64,000 nucleotides of DNA from Lachnospiraceae bacterium (GCA_024684355.1 JAIKXA010000060.1:13476-77475); one strand, 5' to 3'. Positions 19,313 through 28,974 are shown, counted from the first letter of the stretch. Notes: a model not told the origin generated them from the letters alone. Numbers and translations: made by a program.

Positions 19313-20584
19313 TTGGTCGAGATTACTAACGAAGAGAGCAACTATGGTGCAAAAATAATTGTTGTAGGTGTCGGCGGAGCCGGCAACAACGTAGTTAACA
19401 GAATGATAGAGGACGGCATACAGGGCGTAGAGTATATCTGCGTTAATACAGATAGCCAGCAGCTCAGAAAATGCAAGGCGCCCAACTGCATCCAGATAGG
19501 TGAAAAGCTTACTAAGGGTCGCGGCGCAGGCGGAAACCCCGAGGTAGGAAGAAATTCAGCAGAGGAAAGCCGTGAAATACTTACCGAAGCTATCAAGGAA
19601 GCAGAAATGGTATTTGTAACCTGTGGTATGGGTGGCGGAACCGGAACAGGTGCAGCACCTGTCATAGCACAGATTGCAAAAGAAATGGGTATACTTACGG
19701 TAGCGGTAGTTTCAAAGCCCTTCGATCATGAAGGCGACGTACGTATGGATCAGGCTATGGAAGGTATCGCAAACCTTAAAGAGCATGTTGATACCATGAT
19801 CGTTATCCCTAACGAGAAGCTTCGTCAGATCTGCGATAAGAAGGCTCGTTTCCCTGAAGTACTTAAGATGGCAGACAGCGTACTCAGACAGGGCGTACAG
19901 GGTATTACCGATATCATCAACAGAATGGGTGACATCAACCTTGACTTCGAGGATGTATGTACAGTCATGAGAGATAAGGGCGTTGCTCATATCGGTATCG
20001 GCCGTGCTACAGGTGATGACAGCTGTATGCAGGCAGTTCAGATGGCTATTGCTTCACCTCTTCTTGAAACCAATATCGAAGGCGCAGACAATATCATTAT
20101 TCACTTCTCAGGTGATCTGGTGTTCGATGATACAATTAATGCATCCAACTATGTTAAGGAGATCGTTGGTCCCGATACCAATGTTATCTTCGGTGAGGCA
20201 TATGATGATTCAGAGCCTGACACATGTTCGGTTACCATCATTGCTACAGGCATAAAGAACAGTCCTGATCTTCAGGTTATAGAGGGAAGCGGCGTTGGTT
20301 CACAGACAGCTCGTCCCGGACTCGGCTTCCTTAATATGAACGGAGCACCCAAGAAAGCTCCCACATCTCCTTTCGGAGCAGCTGCACCTCAGCAACCCGC
20401 AGCAACCAGACAGCCCCAGCAGTCATATACCAGACCCGCACAGGCTGCTAAACCCGCTGCACCGGCAGGAGCACAGCCCGGACAGTACAGGAGCTCGAAA
20501 TCAAACGTTAATGCAAATCGCAATGTATCGGATGGAAGTTCAATATTGATACCTGAGTGGATCTCCAGACAGAATAATAACTAA
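19313..20584 (+). CDS. ftsZ: Cell division GTPase FtsZ
   Basis: TTG start after AAGGAGGG. Motifs GVGGAGNN and GMGGGTGTGAAPVIA. P/Q/A-rich linker and a conserved C-terminal peptide. Confidence 0.95.
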   Translation: MVEITNEESNYGAKIIVVGVGGAGNNVVNRMIEDGIQGVEYICVNTDSQQLRKCKAPNCIQIGEKLTKGRGAGGNPEVGRNSAEESREILTEAIKEAEMVFVTCGMGGGTGTGAAPVIAQIAKEMGILTVAVVSKPFDHEGDVRMDQAMEGIANLKEHVDTMIVIPNEKLRQICDKKARFPEVLKMADSVLRQGVQGITDIINRMGDINLDFEDVCTVMRDKGVAHIGIGRATGDDSCMQAVQMAIASPLLETNIEGADNIIIHFSGDLVFDDTINASNYVKEIVGPDTNVIFGEAYDDSEPDTCSVTIIATGIKNSPDLQVIEGSGVGSQTARPGLGFLNMNGAPKKAPTSPFGAAAPQQPAATRQPQQSYTRPAQAAKPAAPAGAQPGQYRSSKSNVNANRNVSDGSSILIPEWISRQNNN

Positions 20585-20590
20585 TTTCGG

Positions 20591-20632
20591 ACACCTGATT
20601 TGAGAAATTCAAATCAGGTGTACTTTGTTATT
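20591..20632 (+). terminator. Terminator after ftsZ
   Basis: A 13-bp perfect stem (20591-603 / 20609-21) followed by a T-rich tract. Confidence 0.65.
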
Positions 20633-20662
20633 ATGTTTTGAGGATTTTTTAGGAGTTACGAT

Positions 20663-21121
20663 ATGTTTTTTATTTTATTCGCCGCATGGATCATTTTTAA
20701 CGGGCGCATAACGGCAGAGATACTGATCTTCGGAGCTGTTATCAGTGCCGCAGTCTGTGTTTTTATGTCCGTGCTTACGGAGTACAGCTTAAAAAAAGAG
20801 CTTAAGCTTTTAAAGAAGCTCCCGTATATATTGCTGTATATCCTTGTTCTTGTCGTTGAGATAATAAAGGCCAATCTGGTCACTGCCGTATTTATCATCA
20901 AAGGAAACCGTAAGATCAATCCGGTGATCGTATGCTTTGATTCTCCTTTAAAGACAGAGTATGCCGCATCGGTACTTGCCAATTCGATCACGCTTACACC
21001 CGGTACCATCTCGGTATCAATGGCAGACGGGAAATTCCGTGTGCACTGCCTTGACAGGTCTCTGTGCGAAGGGATAGATTCATCGGTATTCGTTAAGGTT
21101 TTAAGAAAGATAGAGCAGTGA
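20663..21121 (+). CDS. mrpE: Mrp/Mnh-type cation:proton antiporter subunit E
   Basis: Size, two N-terminal TM helices and the conserved ITLTPGT motif. Confidence 0.75.
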   Translation: MFFILFAAWIIFNGRITAEILIFGAVISAAVCVFMSVLTEYSLKKELKLLKKLPYILLYILVLVVEIIKANLVTAVFIIKGNRKINPVIVCFDSPLKTEYAASVLANSITLTPGTISVSMADGKFRVHCLDRSLCEGIDSSVFVKVLRKIEQ

Positions 21122-21141
21122 CATTGACTAAAGGATTGATT

Positions 21142-21459
21142 ATGAACGAATTCTTAGAGATATTTTTAAAAGCGGTCATCGTATTTTGCTCATGCATCGC
21201 ATTTATATGCTTTATAAGAGCCATACTCGGACCGGGTATACCTGACAGGCTTGTGGCCATCAATATGATAGGCACGCAGATGATAATCATAATCGCTGCA
21301 CTCACAATACTGCTTGAAGAAGCCTGGCTTGCCGATGTGGCTGCGGTATATGCTCTGCTCAGCTTCATGGGAGTCGTTGTACTTACCAAGATATACATAG
21401 GAGTATACAAGAAAAAGCAGGCTGATATTTCTGCCGGGCAGGACGGACAAAAAAAGTAA
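21142..21459 (+). CDS. mrpF: Mrp/Mnh-type antiporter subunit F
   Basis: About 105 aa with three TM helices. LGPGIPDRLVAINMIG motif typical of MnhF/PhaF. Confidence 0.75.
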   Translation: MNEFLEIFLKAVIVFCSCIAFICFIRAILGPGIPDRLVAINMIGTQMIIIIAALTILLEEAWLADVAAVYALLSFMGVVVLTKIYIGVYKKKQADISAGQDGQKK

Positions 21460-21490
21460 GAAAAAATGATCTTGCGTTAAGGATACTGAT

Positions 21491-21829
21491 ATGAGTAATG
21501 TACGTATAATAATAGCTGTAGCCCTTTTATCGGTCGGGATGGTATTTATACTTCTTTCCGCCATAGGGGTATTCAGAATGAAATTTGTTTTAAACAGAAT
21601 GCATGCCGCAGCCCTGGGAGATACCTGCGGCTTATTGTTCTGCATACTAGGACTTGTGGTAATCAGCGGTTTTACGTTTACTTCGTTAAAACTGATTGGA
21701 GTACTTATACTTTTCTGGCTGACTTCACCCATATCCGGACATTTGATCAGCAACATGGTAAAAACCACGATGGATTCGGAGGTCAGTGCCCATGCGGAAC
21801 AAAAAGAACTTGAAAATAAGACCGAATAA
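21491..21829 (+). CDS. mrpG: Mrp/Mnh-type antiporter subunit G
   Basis: About 112 aa with three TM helices. FRMKFVLNRMHAAALGDTCG motif typical of MnhG/PhaG. Confidence 0.75.
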   Translation: MSNVRIIIAVALLSVGMVFILLSAIGVFRMKFVLNRMHAAALGDTCGLLFCILGLVVISGFTFTSLKLIGVLILFWLTSPISGHLISNMVKTTMDSEVSAHAEQKELENKTE

Positions 21830-21870
21830 GGTTAATATAAACGTATATCTGATTCCGGGGGAAAAAGGAA

Positions 21871-22458
21871 ATGAGTAAGAAAGCAAAGATAATAACCTTT
21901 TCGGTTATAGGCGTGATACTTGCATGCGTGATCGTACTTGTAGCTATAGAAGGTTTTTCGGGAAGAAAATACACCATAAAAAACAATACGGATAAAAATA
22001 TCACGAATATTCGTCTGGTTTTGGAACTGGCAGAGGAAGAGACCGAGCTTCAGGAGTTATATGACGGTCCGTTAAATGCCGGCTCTAAGGTAAGCGGTTC
22101 GTTTAAAACTGAGGATTTTGACTTGGATGCGGGAGATCTCGGCATTTATCTGACCTTTGAAGGCGGCGAGACCATGTTCTTATTCGACGGTTATTTTGAA
22201 GGCAGATTTGACGGAAAGATCAACATGGAGTTTTATCAGGAAGAGGGAACCTACAGGCTTAAAAGCACCGCTTCTTCCGGACTTTTCGGAAGCACCGAGA
22301 ATACAGGACTGGATGAATCCGTCATAGTTTTCTCGGACGCACTTGATGACTGGGATTATATAGACGGCGGCGTGATCGATTTCGAAGATTGGGATGATGA
22401 AGACGATTACGATGACGACTACGATTATTTAGATTTCGAAGATGATGACGAGGAATAA
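21871..22458 (+). CDS. Hypothetical membrane-anchored protein with hyper-acidic D/E/Y/W C-terminal tail
   Basis: Good RBS and a single N-terminal TM. The tail is DWDYIDGGVIDFEDWDDEDDYDDDYDYLDFEDDDEE. No family recognised. Confidence 0.6.
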   Translation: MSKKAKIITFSVIGVILACVIVLVAIEGFSGRKYTIKNNTDKNITNIRLVLELAEEETELQELYDGPLNAGSKVSGSFKTEDFDLDAGDLGIYLTFEGGETMFLFDGYFEGRFDGKINMEFYQEEGTYRLKSTASSGLFGSTENTGLDESVIVFSDALDDWDYIDGGVIDFEDWDDEDDYDDDYDYLDFEDDDEE

Positions 22459-22459
22459 G

Positions 22460-23785
22460 ATGAAGATCAGTTTCATTTCTCTCGGATGTGACAAAAACCT
22501 TGTAGACAGTGAAAAAATGCTGGCCATGATGATGGATAAAGGCTATGAGGTAACGGATGATGTGACTAAGGCAGAAGCCGTAGTGATCAATACCTGCTGT
22601 TTTATCCATGACGCGAAACAGGAGAGCATTGATACCATCATAGAAACAGCCGGCTTAAAAAAGACCGGACGTCTTAAATATCTTATCATTACCGGATGTC
22701 TGGCTACAAGATATCATGATGAGATAAAAGAGTTCCTGCCCGAGGCGGATGTGATACTTTCATCCTCTGCAGCCGATGAGATGGACAGTGCCATCAAAAA
22801 GCTTAGATCAAAGAGATTAAAGGATAAATGTATCATTAAGGATATCAATAAAGATCCCGATCTCGGTATAAAGAGGCTTCACAACAATCTTAAAAACTAT
22901 GCGTATATAAAGATCGCTGAGGGCTGCAGCAAGCACTGCACATACTGTGTTATCCCTTCGATAAAAGGCGAATACAGAAGCGTTCCCTTTGAGGATGTGG
23001 TGGCGGAAGCTGAGGATGCGGTAAAGAACGGGAAGAACGAGCTGATCCTTATCGCACAGGAGACTACCGTATACGGCGTCGATCTTTACGGAAAGAAGAG
23101 GCTTTCCGAGCTCTTACAGAGGCTTAACGCCATAGAGGGCTTAGAGTGGATAAGGCTTATGTACTGCTATCCTGAAGAGATAGACGATGAGCTTATATCC
23201 GCAATGAAGCTTGAAAAGGTATGCAAATACATCGATATGCCCATACAGCATATTTCGGATGCCATACTTAAAAAAATGGGGCGCAGGACTACCGGAGCAG
23301 ATATCAAGCGCCTTATAAAGAAGCTCCGTAAGGAGATCCCCGGTATAGCCATAAGGACTTCTCTTATTACCGGTTTCCCCGGCGAAACGGAGGAAGACCA
23401 TGAGCAGCTGCTTAAGTTTATAAAGGACTATAAGCTTGACAGAGTCGGCGTATTTACATATTCAAAGGAAGAAAACACACCTGCTTCGCGTTTTAAGCCT
23501 GCTGTATTAAAACGTGTAAAAGAAAAACGCCGCAAGGAACTGATGCTAGCCCAGCAGGAGATAGTCTTTGAAGCCAACAAGAAGCTCGTCGGTAAAAAAA
23601 TGGACGTGGTCATAGAAGGCTATATGCCTGAGGACAGGGTATATGCAGCCAGGACTTACAGGGATGCTCCCGATATAGACGGATGCTGCTTTGTTGAATC
23701 CGACAGGGAGATCGTGCTCGGCACAATAATGAATGTTAAGATAAATGGAGCTGTAGGATATGATCTTACGGCCCGGGAGGTATAA
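22460..23785 (+). CDS. rimO: Ribosomal protein S12 methylthiotransferase RimO
   Basis: Starts MKISFISLGCDKNLVDSE. Radical-SAM motif CSKHCTYCVIP and a C-terminal TRAM-like domain. Confidence 0.9.
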   Translation: MKISFISLGCDKNLVDSEKMLAMMMDKGYEVTDDVTKAEAVVINTCCFIHDAKQESIDTIIETAGLKKTGRLKYLIITGCLATRYHDEIKEFLPEADVILSSSAADEMDSAIKKLRSKRLKDKCIIKDINKDPDLGIKRLHNNLKNYAYIKIAEGCSKHCTYCVIPSIKGEYRSVPFEDVVAEAEDAVKNGKNELILIAQETTVYGVDLYGKKRLSELLQRLNAIEGLEWIRLMYCYPEEIDDELISAMKLEKVCKYIDMPIQHISDAILKKMGRRTTGADIKRLIKKLRKEIPGIAIRTSLITGFPGETEEDHEQLLKFIKDYKLDRVGVFTYSKEENTPASRFKPAVLKRVKEKRRKELMLAQQEIVFEANKKLVGKKMDVVIEGYMPEDRVYAARTYRDAPDIDGCCFVESDREIVLGTIMNVKINGAVGYDLTAREV

Positions 23786-23788
23786 TAT

Positions 23789-24370
23789 ATGAATGCACCT
23801 AATAAGATCACATTATTCAGGATTTTTCTGATACCTGTTTTTATCGTGTTTTTCTTATGCAGGATACCCAATGAGACAGCTTCCGATATTATAGCGCTTG
23901 TCATTTTTGCGATTGCTTCGTTATCGGATTTCTTAGACGGATATCTTGCAAGAAAGCATAACATGGTAACCGATTTCGGAAAGCTTATGGATCCTCTTGC
24001 GGACAAGCTTCTTGTATGTATCACTCTGGTATGTTTTGTAAAGCTCAGAGGCGATCTCGGTGTATACAGCTTCCCTACATGGTGTGCGATCATCATCATG
24101 TCGAGAGAGTTCATCATAAGCGGTATCAGACAGCTTGCAGCAGACAAAGGCATCATCATTGCCGCAGGTATCTGGGGAAAGATAAAGACCGTTGTACAGC
24201 TGCTTATGTGTCTTGATTATATAATCCTTCCGGTTTTCCTTGACAACGGAATGGAATGGTTCGGCGTAGCGGGACTCGTACTTATGTATCTTGCGACCGC
24301 ACTTACGATCCTTTCGCTTTTCGATTATCTGGTTAAAAACTGGAAAGCATTAAAGATAACCTGTAAATGA
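23789..24370 (+). CDS. pgsA: CDP-diacylglycerol--glycerol-3-phosphate 3-phosphatidyltransferase
   Basis: CDP-alcohol phosphatidyltransferase motif DFLDGYLARKHNMVTDFGKLMDPLADK. Confidence 0.92.
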   Translation: MNAPNKITLFRIFLIPVFIVFFLCRIPNETASDIIALVIFAIASLSDFLDGYLARKHNMVTDFGKLMDPLADKLLVCITLVCFVKLRGDLGVYSFPTWCAIIIMSREFIISGIRQLAADKGIIIAAGIWGKIKTVVQLLMCLDYIILPVFLDNGMEWFGVAGLVLMYLATALTILSLFDYLVKNWKALKITCK

Positions 24371-24416
24371 CATACTGCAGCCTGCGGTTATGTTGGGCAC
24401 TTTCTGGGAGGGTACG

Positions 24417-24989
24417 GTGAAAAAAGATATCAGACTTGCTGTTTGCATAGTAGTGATAATCCTTCTGGTAATTCTATGTATATTTGTACTGCTGTCCGAA
24501 AAGGAAAAAGAGGATGATCTTAACGATCCTTCGAACATAGAGAATATGGCTGTGCCCACCCCGAGGCTGATAGTAGTTCCGTCGTCGGGCACCAATGATC
24601 CGGTGTTCCTTAAGAGCATAAAGTACTATGTTGTAAAGCTTTCCGACATGTCCATAGATACAGCGGAAGAAGCGGTCGGAAACGGTGTGGCGGCTACTCC
24701 GGAAATGATATGCGAGTATGTTTCGACTGCCTTGGAAGACGAAGAGATAAACATAGATATCAGAAAAATAACGGTTGCCGACAATATATGCAAAATAGAT
24801 TTTAATGAAGAAATACGCAGCATCGCAAAAAGAAATCATGAGCTTGAGAAGCTTATACTTGATGCGTATGCCATGAGCATAATCGATAACTGCGAGGGCG
24901 TGGACGCTGTAACCTTTACCATATCCGGAGAGGACTATTCCACGGGTTCTGTTAGCCTTCCTGGCGGAAAGGTATATTTAAAGAAGTGA
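24417..24989 (+). CDS. Hypothetical membrane-anchored protein (possible GerMN-like domain)
   Basis: GTG at 24417 after GGGAGGG (the track ATG at 24390 is also possible). One N-terminal TM. The domain guess is weak. Confidence 0.6.
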   Translation: MKKDIRLAVCIVVIILLVILCIFVLLSEKEKEDDLNDPSNIENMAVPTPRLIVVPSSGTNDPVFLKSIKYYVVKLSDMSIDTAEEAVGNGVAATPEMICEYVSTALEDEEINIDIRKITVADNICKIDFNEEIRSIAKRNHELEKLILDAYAMSIIDNCEGVDAVTFTISGEDYSTGSVSLPGGKVYLKK

Positions 24990-26224
24990 AGATCATTGTT
25001 ATAGGAGGCGGAGCTGCCGGGCTGATGGCCGCATATACGGCTGCGGCGAAATGTGAGGTCCTCCTGCTGGAAAAAAATGAGAAACTCGGGAAAAAGATAT
25101 ACATCACGGGAAAAGGCAGATGCAATCTGGCAAATTACTGTGACTCGCGTACTTTTTTGAAAAACGTCGTTTCCAACCAGAAGTTCTTATACAGCGCAAT
25201 ATCGAGATTTGATCCGTACTCCACGGTGGCACTGTTTAACGAGCTTGGCCTGGAGACAAAAACAGAAAGAGGAAACAGGGTTTTCCCTGTTTCGGATCAC
25301 GCGTCGGATGTGACAAAGGTGCTTGAAAAGGCAGCAAGAAAGGCCGGAGTAAAGATAGAGCTTAACTGTGCGGTTACGGACATCAAAACCGAACAGGGAT
25401 GCTTTAAAGCGGTCAGAACAGCCGACGGACGGGAAATATATGCCGATGCATGTATCATAGCTACCGGCGGACTAAGCTATCCGTCAACCGGATCGACCGG
25501 GGACGGATATGATTTTGCCGTAAAGGCAGGACATACAGTCACAAAGTGTGTGCCTTCCCTGGTAGGTCTTAAGACAAAAGAGACTTTTGTACAGGAAATG
25601 GAAGGCCTGTCATTAAAGAACGTAAGACTGGATGTATATTTAAACGGTAAGAAAAAGTACTCCGATTTCGGAGAAATGCTTTTTACGCATAACGGAGTGA
25701 GCGGTCCTCTGGTACTTACGGCTTCTGCGATGTTTGCAAGAGACCTTGCAGCGGGAGCGGACGTAAAACTTTTTATAGACCTGAAGCCGGCACTGGAGCA
25801 GGATGTTCTCGATGAAAGGCTCGTTAGAGAGTTTTCCGAAACTTCGAACAAAGAATTAAAGAACGCACTGAAGTCACTTTTACCTTCATCCATGATACCG
25901 GTATTCATTAAGCTTGCGGGTATATCGGGAGAAAGAAAGGTTAATACCATAACTGCACCGGAGAGAAAAAAGATAAGAAATCTGTTAAAGGCTTTTGAGT
26001 TAAATGTTTCGGAAGCAGGCGGATTTAATGAGGCAGTTATAACACAGGGCGGAGTCAAAGTAAATGAGATAGACCCTAAGACTATGGGATCCAAATTGGT
26101 GAAAAACCTGTATTTTGCAGGGGAAGTAATAGATGTGGATGCGTTTACGGGAGGATTTAACCTTCAGATAGCGTGGTCCACGGGTGTCGCTGCCGCGACC
26201 GGTATTATCGATCAATTAAACTGA
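24986..26224 (+). CDS. HI0933/YhiN/BaiN-family FAD-dependent flavoprotein
   Basis: Motifs VIGGGAAGLMAA and GKKIYITGKGRCNLAN. Family-typical length. Confidence 0.88.
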   Translation: MKIIVIGGGAAGLMAAYTAAAKCEVLLLEKNEKLGKKIYITGKGRCNLANYCDSRTFLKNVVSNQKFLYSAISRFDPYSTVALFNELGLETKTERGNRVFPVSDHASDVTKVLEKAARKAGVKIELNCAVTDIKTEQGCFKAVRTADGREIYADACIIATGGLSYPSTGSTGDGYDFAVKAGHTVTKCVPSLVGLKTKETFVQEMEGLSLKNVRLDVYLNGKKKYSDFGEMLFTHNGVSGPLVLTASAMFARDLAAGADVKLFIDLKPALEQDVLDERLVREFSETSNKELKNALKSLLPSSMIPVFIKLAGISGERKVNTITAPERKKIRNLLKAFELNVSEAGGFNEAVITQGGVKVNEIDPKTMGSKLVKNLYFAGEVIDVDAFTGGFNLQIAWSTGVAAATGIIDQLN

Positions 26225-26240
26225 AAGGACGGGAAAGATC

Positions 26241-26930
26241 ATGTCGGACAAGATAAGCATTGCTATTGACGGACCTGCAGGAGCAGGCAAAAGTACTATA
26301 GCAAAAAGAGTAGCAAAAGAGCTCGGATTCACATATATTGATACAGGTGCGATATACAGGACCATGGCACTTTATTTCATTGAAAGAGGAATGGATGTTT
26401 CGGATGAAACGGTAGTATCATCACTCTGTGCACATATCAACGTGGGTATCAGATATGTGGACGGTGCCCAGCATGTTTTCCTTGAAGACAGGGATGTTAC
26501 CGACTTTATAAGGACCAGTGAGGTAGGTGCGGGTGCATCGAAGATTTCGGCATATCCCGCAGTCAGGGCTTCACTGCTTGACCTTCAGCGTGACATGGCT
26601 GAAAAGGACAATGTAGTAATGGACGGAAGAGACATAGGCTCCGTCGTACTTCCCAATGCCGAAGTAAAGATATACCTTACCGCAAGCGTTGAGGAAAGAG
26701 CCAGAAGAAGATATGCCGAGTACGTGCTTGCAGGTCAGGAATGCGACATGGAAAACATTAAAAAAGAGATAGAAGAGCGCGACCACAGGGATATGACACG
26801 TGAGATATCACCCCTCATATGTGCACCCGGTGCAACCGTTATCGATTCTTCGCACATGAACATCGATGAGGTGTGCGCCGCAGTATTTGAGCTTGTTGAT
26901 AAGGCAAAGGCCGGAAAAGAGTCTGTATGA
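26241..26930 (+). CDS. cmk: Cytidylate kinase
   Basis: P-loop IAIDGPAGAGKST plus the typical cmk body. Confidence 0.93.
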   Translation: MSDKISIAIDGPAGAGKSTIAKRVAKELGFTYIDTGAIYRTMALYFIERGMDVSDETVVSSLCAHINVGIRYVDGAQHVFLEDRDVTDFIRTSEVGAGASKISAYPAVRASLLDLQRDMAEKDNVVMDGRDIGSVVLPNAEVKIYLTASVEERARRRYAEYVLAGQECDMENIKKEIEERDHRDMTREISPLICAPGATVIDSSHMNIDEVCAAVFELVDKAKAGKESV

Positions 26931-28903
26931 CGGTACGCGTTGCCGAAAGCGCAGGCTTCTGTTTCGGGATAGAATGTGCGGTAAAAACAGTATATGAACA
27001 GATAGCCACCGGCAGTCCTGTATACACCTACGGTCCGATAACTCACAATGAGATAGTATGCGGCGAGCTCGAGGAAAAAGGCGTAAAAATACTGCACAGT
27101 ATCCCTGAAGCCGGGCAGATAAAGGATTCGATAATAATCATACGCTCGCACGGTGTTGACAAAAAGACTTTTGATGCACTTAAAAGTACCGAGGAAAGTC
27201 ACGGAAACAGGATCATAGATGCCACATGTCCTTTTGTCGGCAGGATACACAGGATAGTATTTGAAGAGTCACAGGCCGGATCCGATGTGATAGTGATAGG
27301 TGATGCTTCGCATCCGGAAGTACAGGGTATATCGGGGTGGTGTACGGGACGCTGCACGATCATGGATTCGGAAGAAGAAGCACGTAATTACGAGGTTTTC
27401 GGAGACAAAAAGACAGTTCTTGTAGCCCAGACCACATTTAATTTAAAAAAATTTAAAGTATTAGTTGAAATTTTACAAAAAAAAATATATAATATAAATG
27501 TTGTTAACTCTATTTGCAACGCTACCGAGAAAAGACAGCGGGAAACATCGGAACTGGCTCGCAATTCTGATGCTATGATAGTTATCGGAGGTAGCAACAG
27601 TTCTAATACACGTAAGTTGGTTGAGATCTCGGAGAAGGAATGCAAAAACACTTACCATATTCAAACTGGTAATGACTTGGATCTGAATTCATTTAGATCT
27701 TTCCGTTGCGTAGGTATTACAGCAGGGGCATCCACCCCAAAAACTATTATCAAGGAGGTTCAGGAAATCATGTCAGAAATGAATTTTGACGCAATGCTTG
27801 ATGAATCAATGAAGACAATACACAACGGGGAGGTAGTCGAAGGTAAAGTCATTTATGTCAAAGAAGACGAAATAGCTCTTGACATTGGATATAAAGCAGA
27901 TGGCATTATTCCCAGAAGCGAATACACCAATACACCTAATCTTGATCTGAGAACCGTTGTGAAGGAAGGCGACACGATTCAGGCAAAGGTACTTAAGGTT
28001 AATGATGGTGAAGGTCAGGTTTCTCTTACATATAAGAGACTGGCTGCAGAACGCGGAAGCGAAAAGCTTGCTAAGGCTTTTGAGGACAAAGAGGTACTTA
28101 AGGCTAAGGTTACCGAAGTTCTTGGCGGAGGTATCTGTGTAGTTTACGATGAGGCAAGGGTATTCATCCCTGCAAGCCTTGTATCGGATACCTATGAAAA
28201 GAATCTCGATAAATATAAGGATCAGGAGATCGAGTTTATCGTTACTGAATTCCAGCCCAAGAAGAGAAGGATCATCGGTGATCGTAAGCAGCTCCTTGTT
28301 GCCAGAAAAGCAGAAGCTATGAAGAAACTCTTCGATACCATCAAGGTTGGTGACGTTATCGAGGGTACAGTTAAGAATATTACCGATTTCGGTGCATTCA
28401 TCGATCTCGGCGGAGCTGACGGACTCCTTCACATTTCCGAAATGTCATGGGGCAGAGTAGAGAGCCCTAAGAAGGTATTCAAGGTTGGCGAGACTGTTCG
28501 TGCATTTATTAAGGACATCCAGGGAAATAAGGTAGCTCTTTCCATGAAGTTCCCTGATCAGAATCCTTGGGCAGATGCAGAAGAGAAGTTTGCAGTAGGA
28601 AACGTAGTAACAGGTAAGGTAGCACGTATGACCGATTTCGGTGCATTCGTTGAGCTCCTTCCCGGTGTTGATGCACTTCTTCATGTATCACAGATCTCAA
28701 GAGATCACATTGAGAAGCCTTCTGACGTATTAAAGACAGGTCAGGAGATCACAGCTAAGATCGTAGATTTCAATCTTGATGAGAAGAAGATCAGCCTTAG
28801 CGTTAAAGCTCTTCTTCCTCCTAAGGAGACAGAAGCTGAAGGCGCACAGGAAGAGGCTAACGTTGCTGATGCTGCTGAGTCGGAAAGCGTTTCTGCTGAA
28901 TAA
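26927..28903 (+). CDS. ispH: Fusion protein: 4-hydroxy-3-methylbut-2-enyl diphosphate reductase (IspH/LytB) with four S1 RNA-binding domains (RpsA-like)
   Basis: N-terminal 280 aa carry IspH motifs (GFCFGIECAV, DATCPFV, GGSNSSNT). The C-terminal 377 aa hold four S1 repeats (e.g. GDVIEGTVKNITDFGAFIDLGG, GNVVTGKVARMTDFGAFVEL). This fusion type is known in Clostridia. Confidence 0.92.
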   Translation: MTVRVAESAGFCFGIECAVKTVYEQIATGSPVYTYGPITHNEIVCGELEEKGVKILHSIPEAGQIKDSIIIIRSHGVDKKTFDALKSTEESHGNRIIDATCPFVGRIHRIVFEESQAGSDVIVIGDASHPEVQGISGWCTGRCTIMDSEEEARNYEVFGDKKTVLVAQTTFNLKKFKVLVEILQKKIYNINVVNSICNATEKRQRETSELARNSDAMIVIGGSNSSNTRKLVEISEKECKNTYHIQTGNDLDLNSFRSFRCVGITAGASTPKTIIKEVQEIMSEMNFDAMLDESMKTIHNGEVVEGKVIYVKEDEIALDIGYKADGIIPRSEYTNTPNLDLRTVVKEGDTIQAKVLKVNDGEGQVSLTYKRLAAERGSEKLAKAFEDKEVLKAKVTEVLGGGICVVYDEARVFIPASLVSDTYEKNLDKYKDQEIEFIVTEFQPKKRRIIGDRKQLLVARKAEAMKKLFDTIKVGDVIEGTVKNITDFGAFIDLGGADGLLHISEMSWGRVESPKKVFKVGETVRAFIKDIQGNKVALSMKFPDQNPWADAEEKFAVGNVVTGKVARMTDFGAFVELLPGVDALLHVSQISRDHIEKPSDVLKTGQEITAKIVDFNLDEKKISLSVKALLPPKETEAEGAQEEANVADAAESESVSAE

Positions 28904-28933
28904 TTGATCACGGTCTACTTACATTGACTTTAG

Positions 28934-28974
28934 ACAGACTTAAAGCGGCTGACGTCTTTAAGTCTGTTTTTTTG
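28934..28974 (+). terminator. Rho-independent terminator after ispH::S1
   Basis: A 12-bp perfect stem (28934-45 / 28956-67) followed by T7. Confidence 0.85.
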
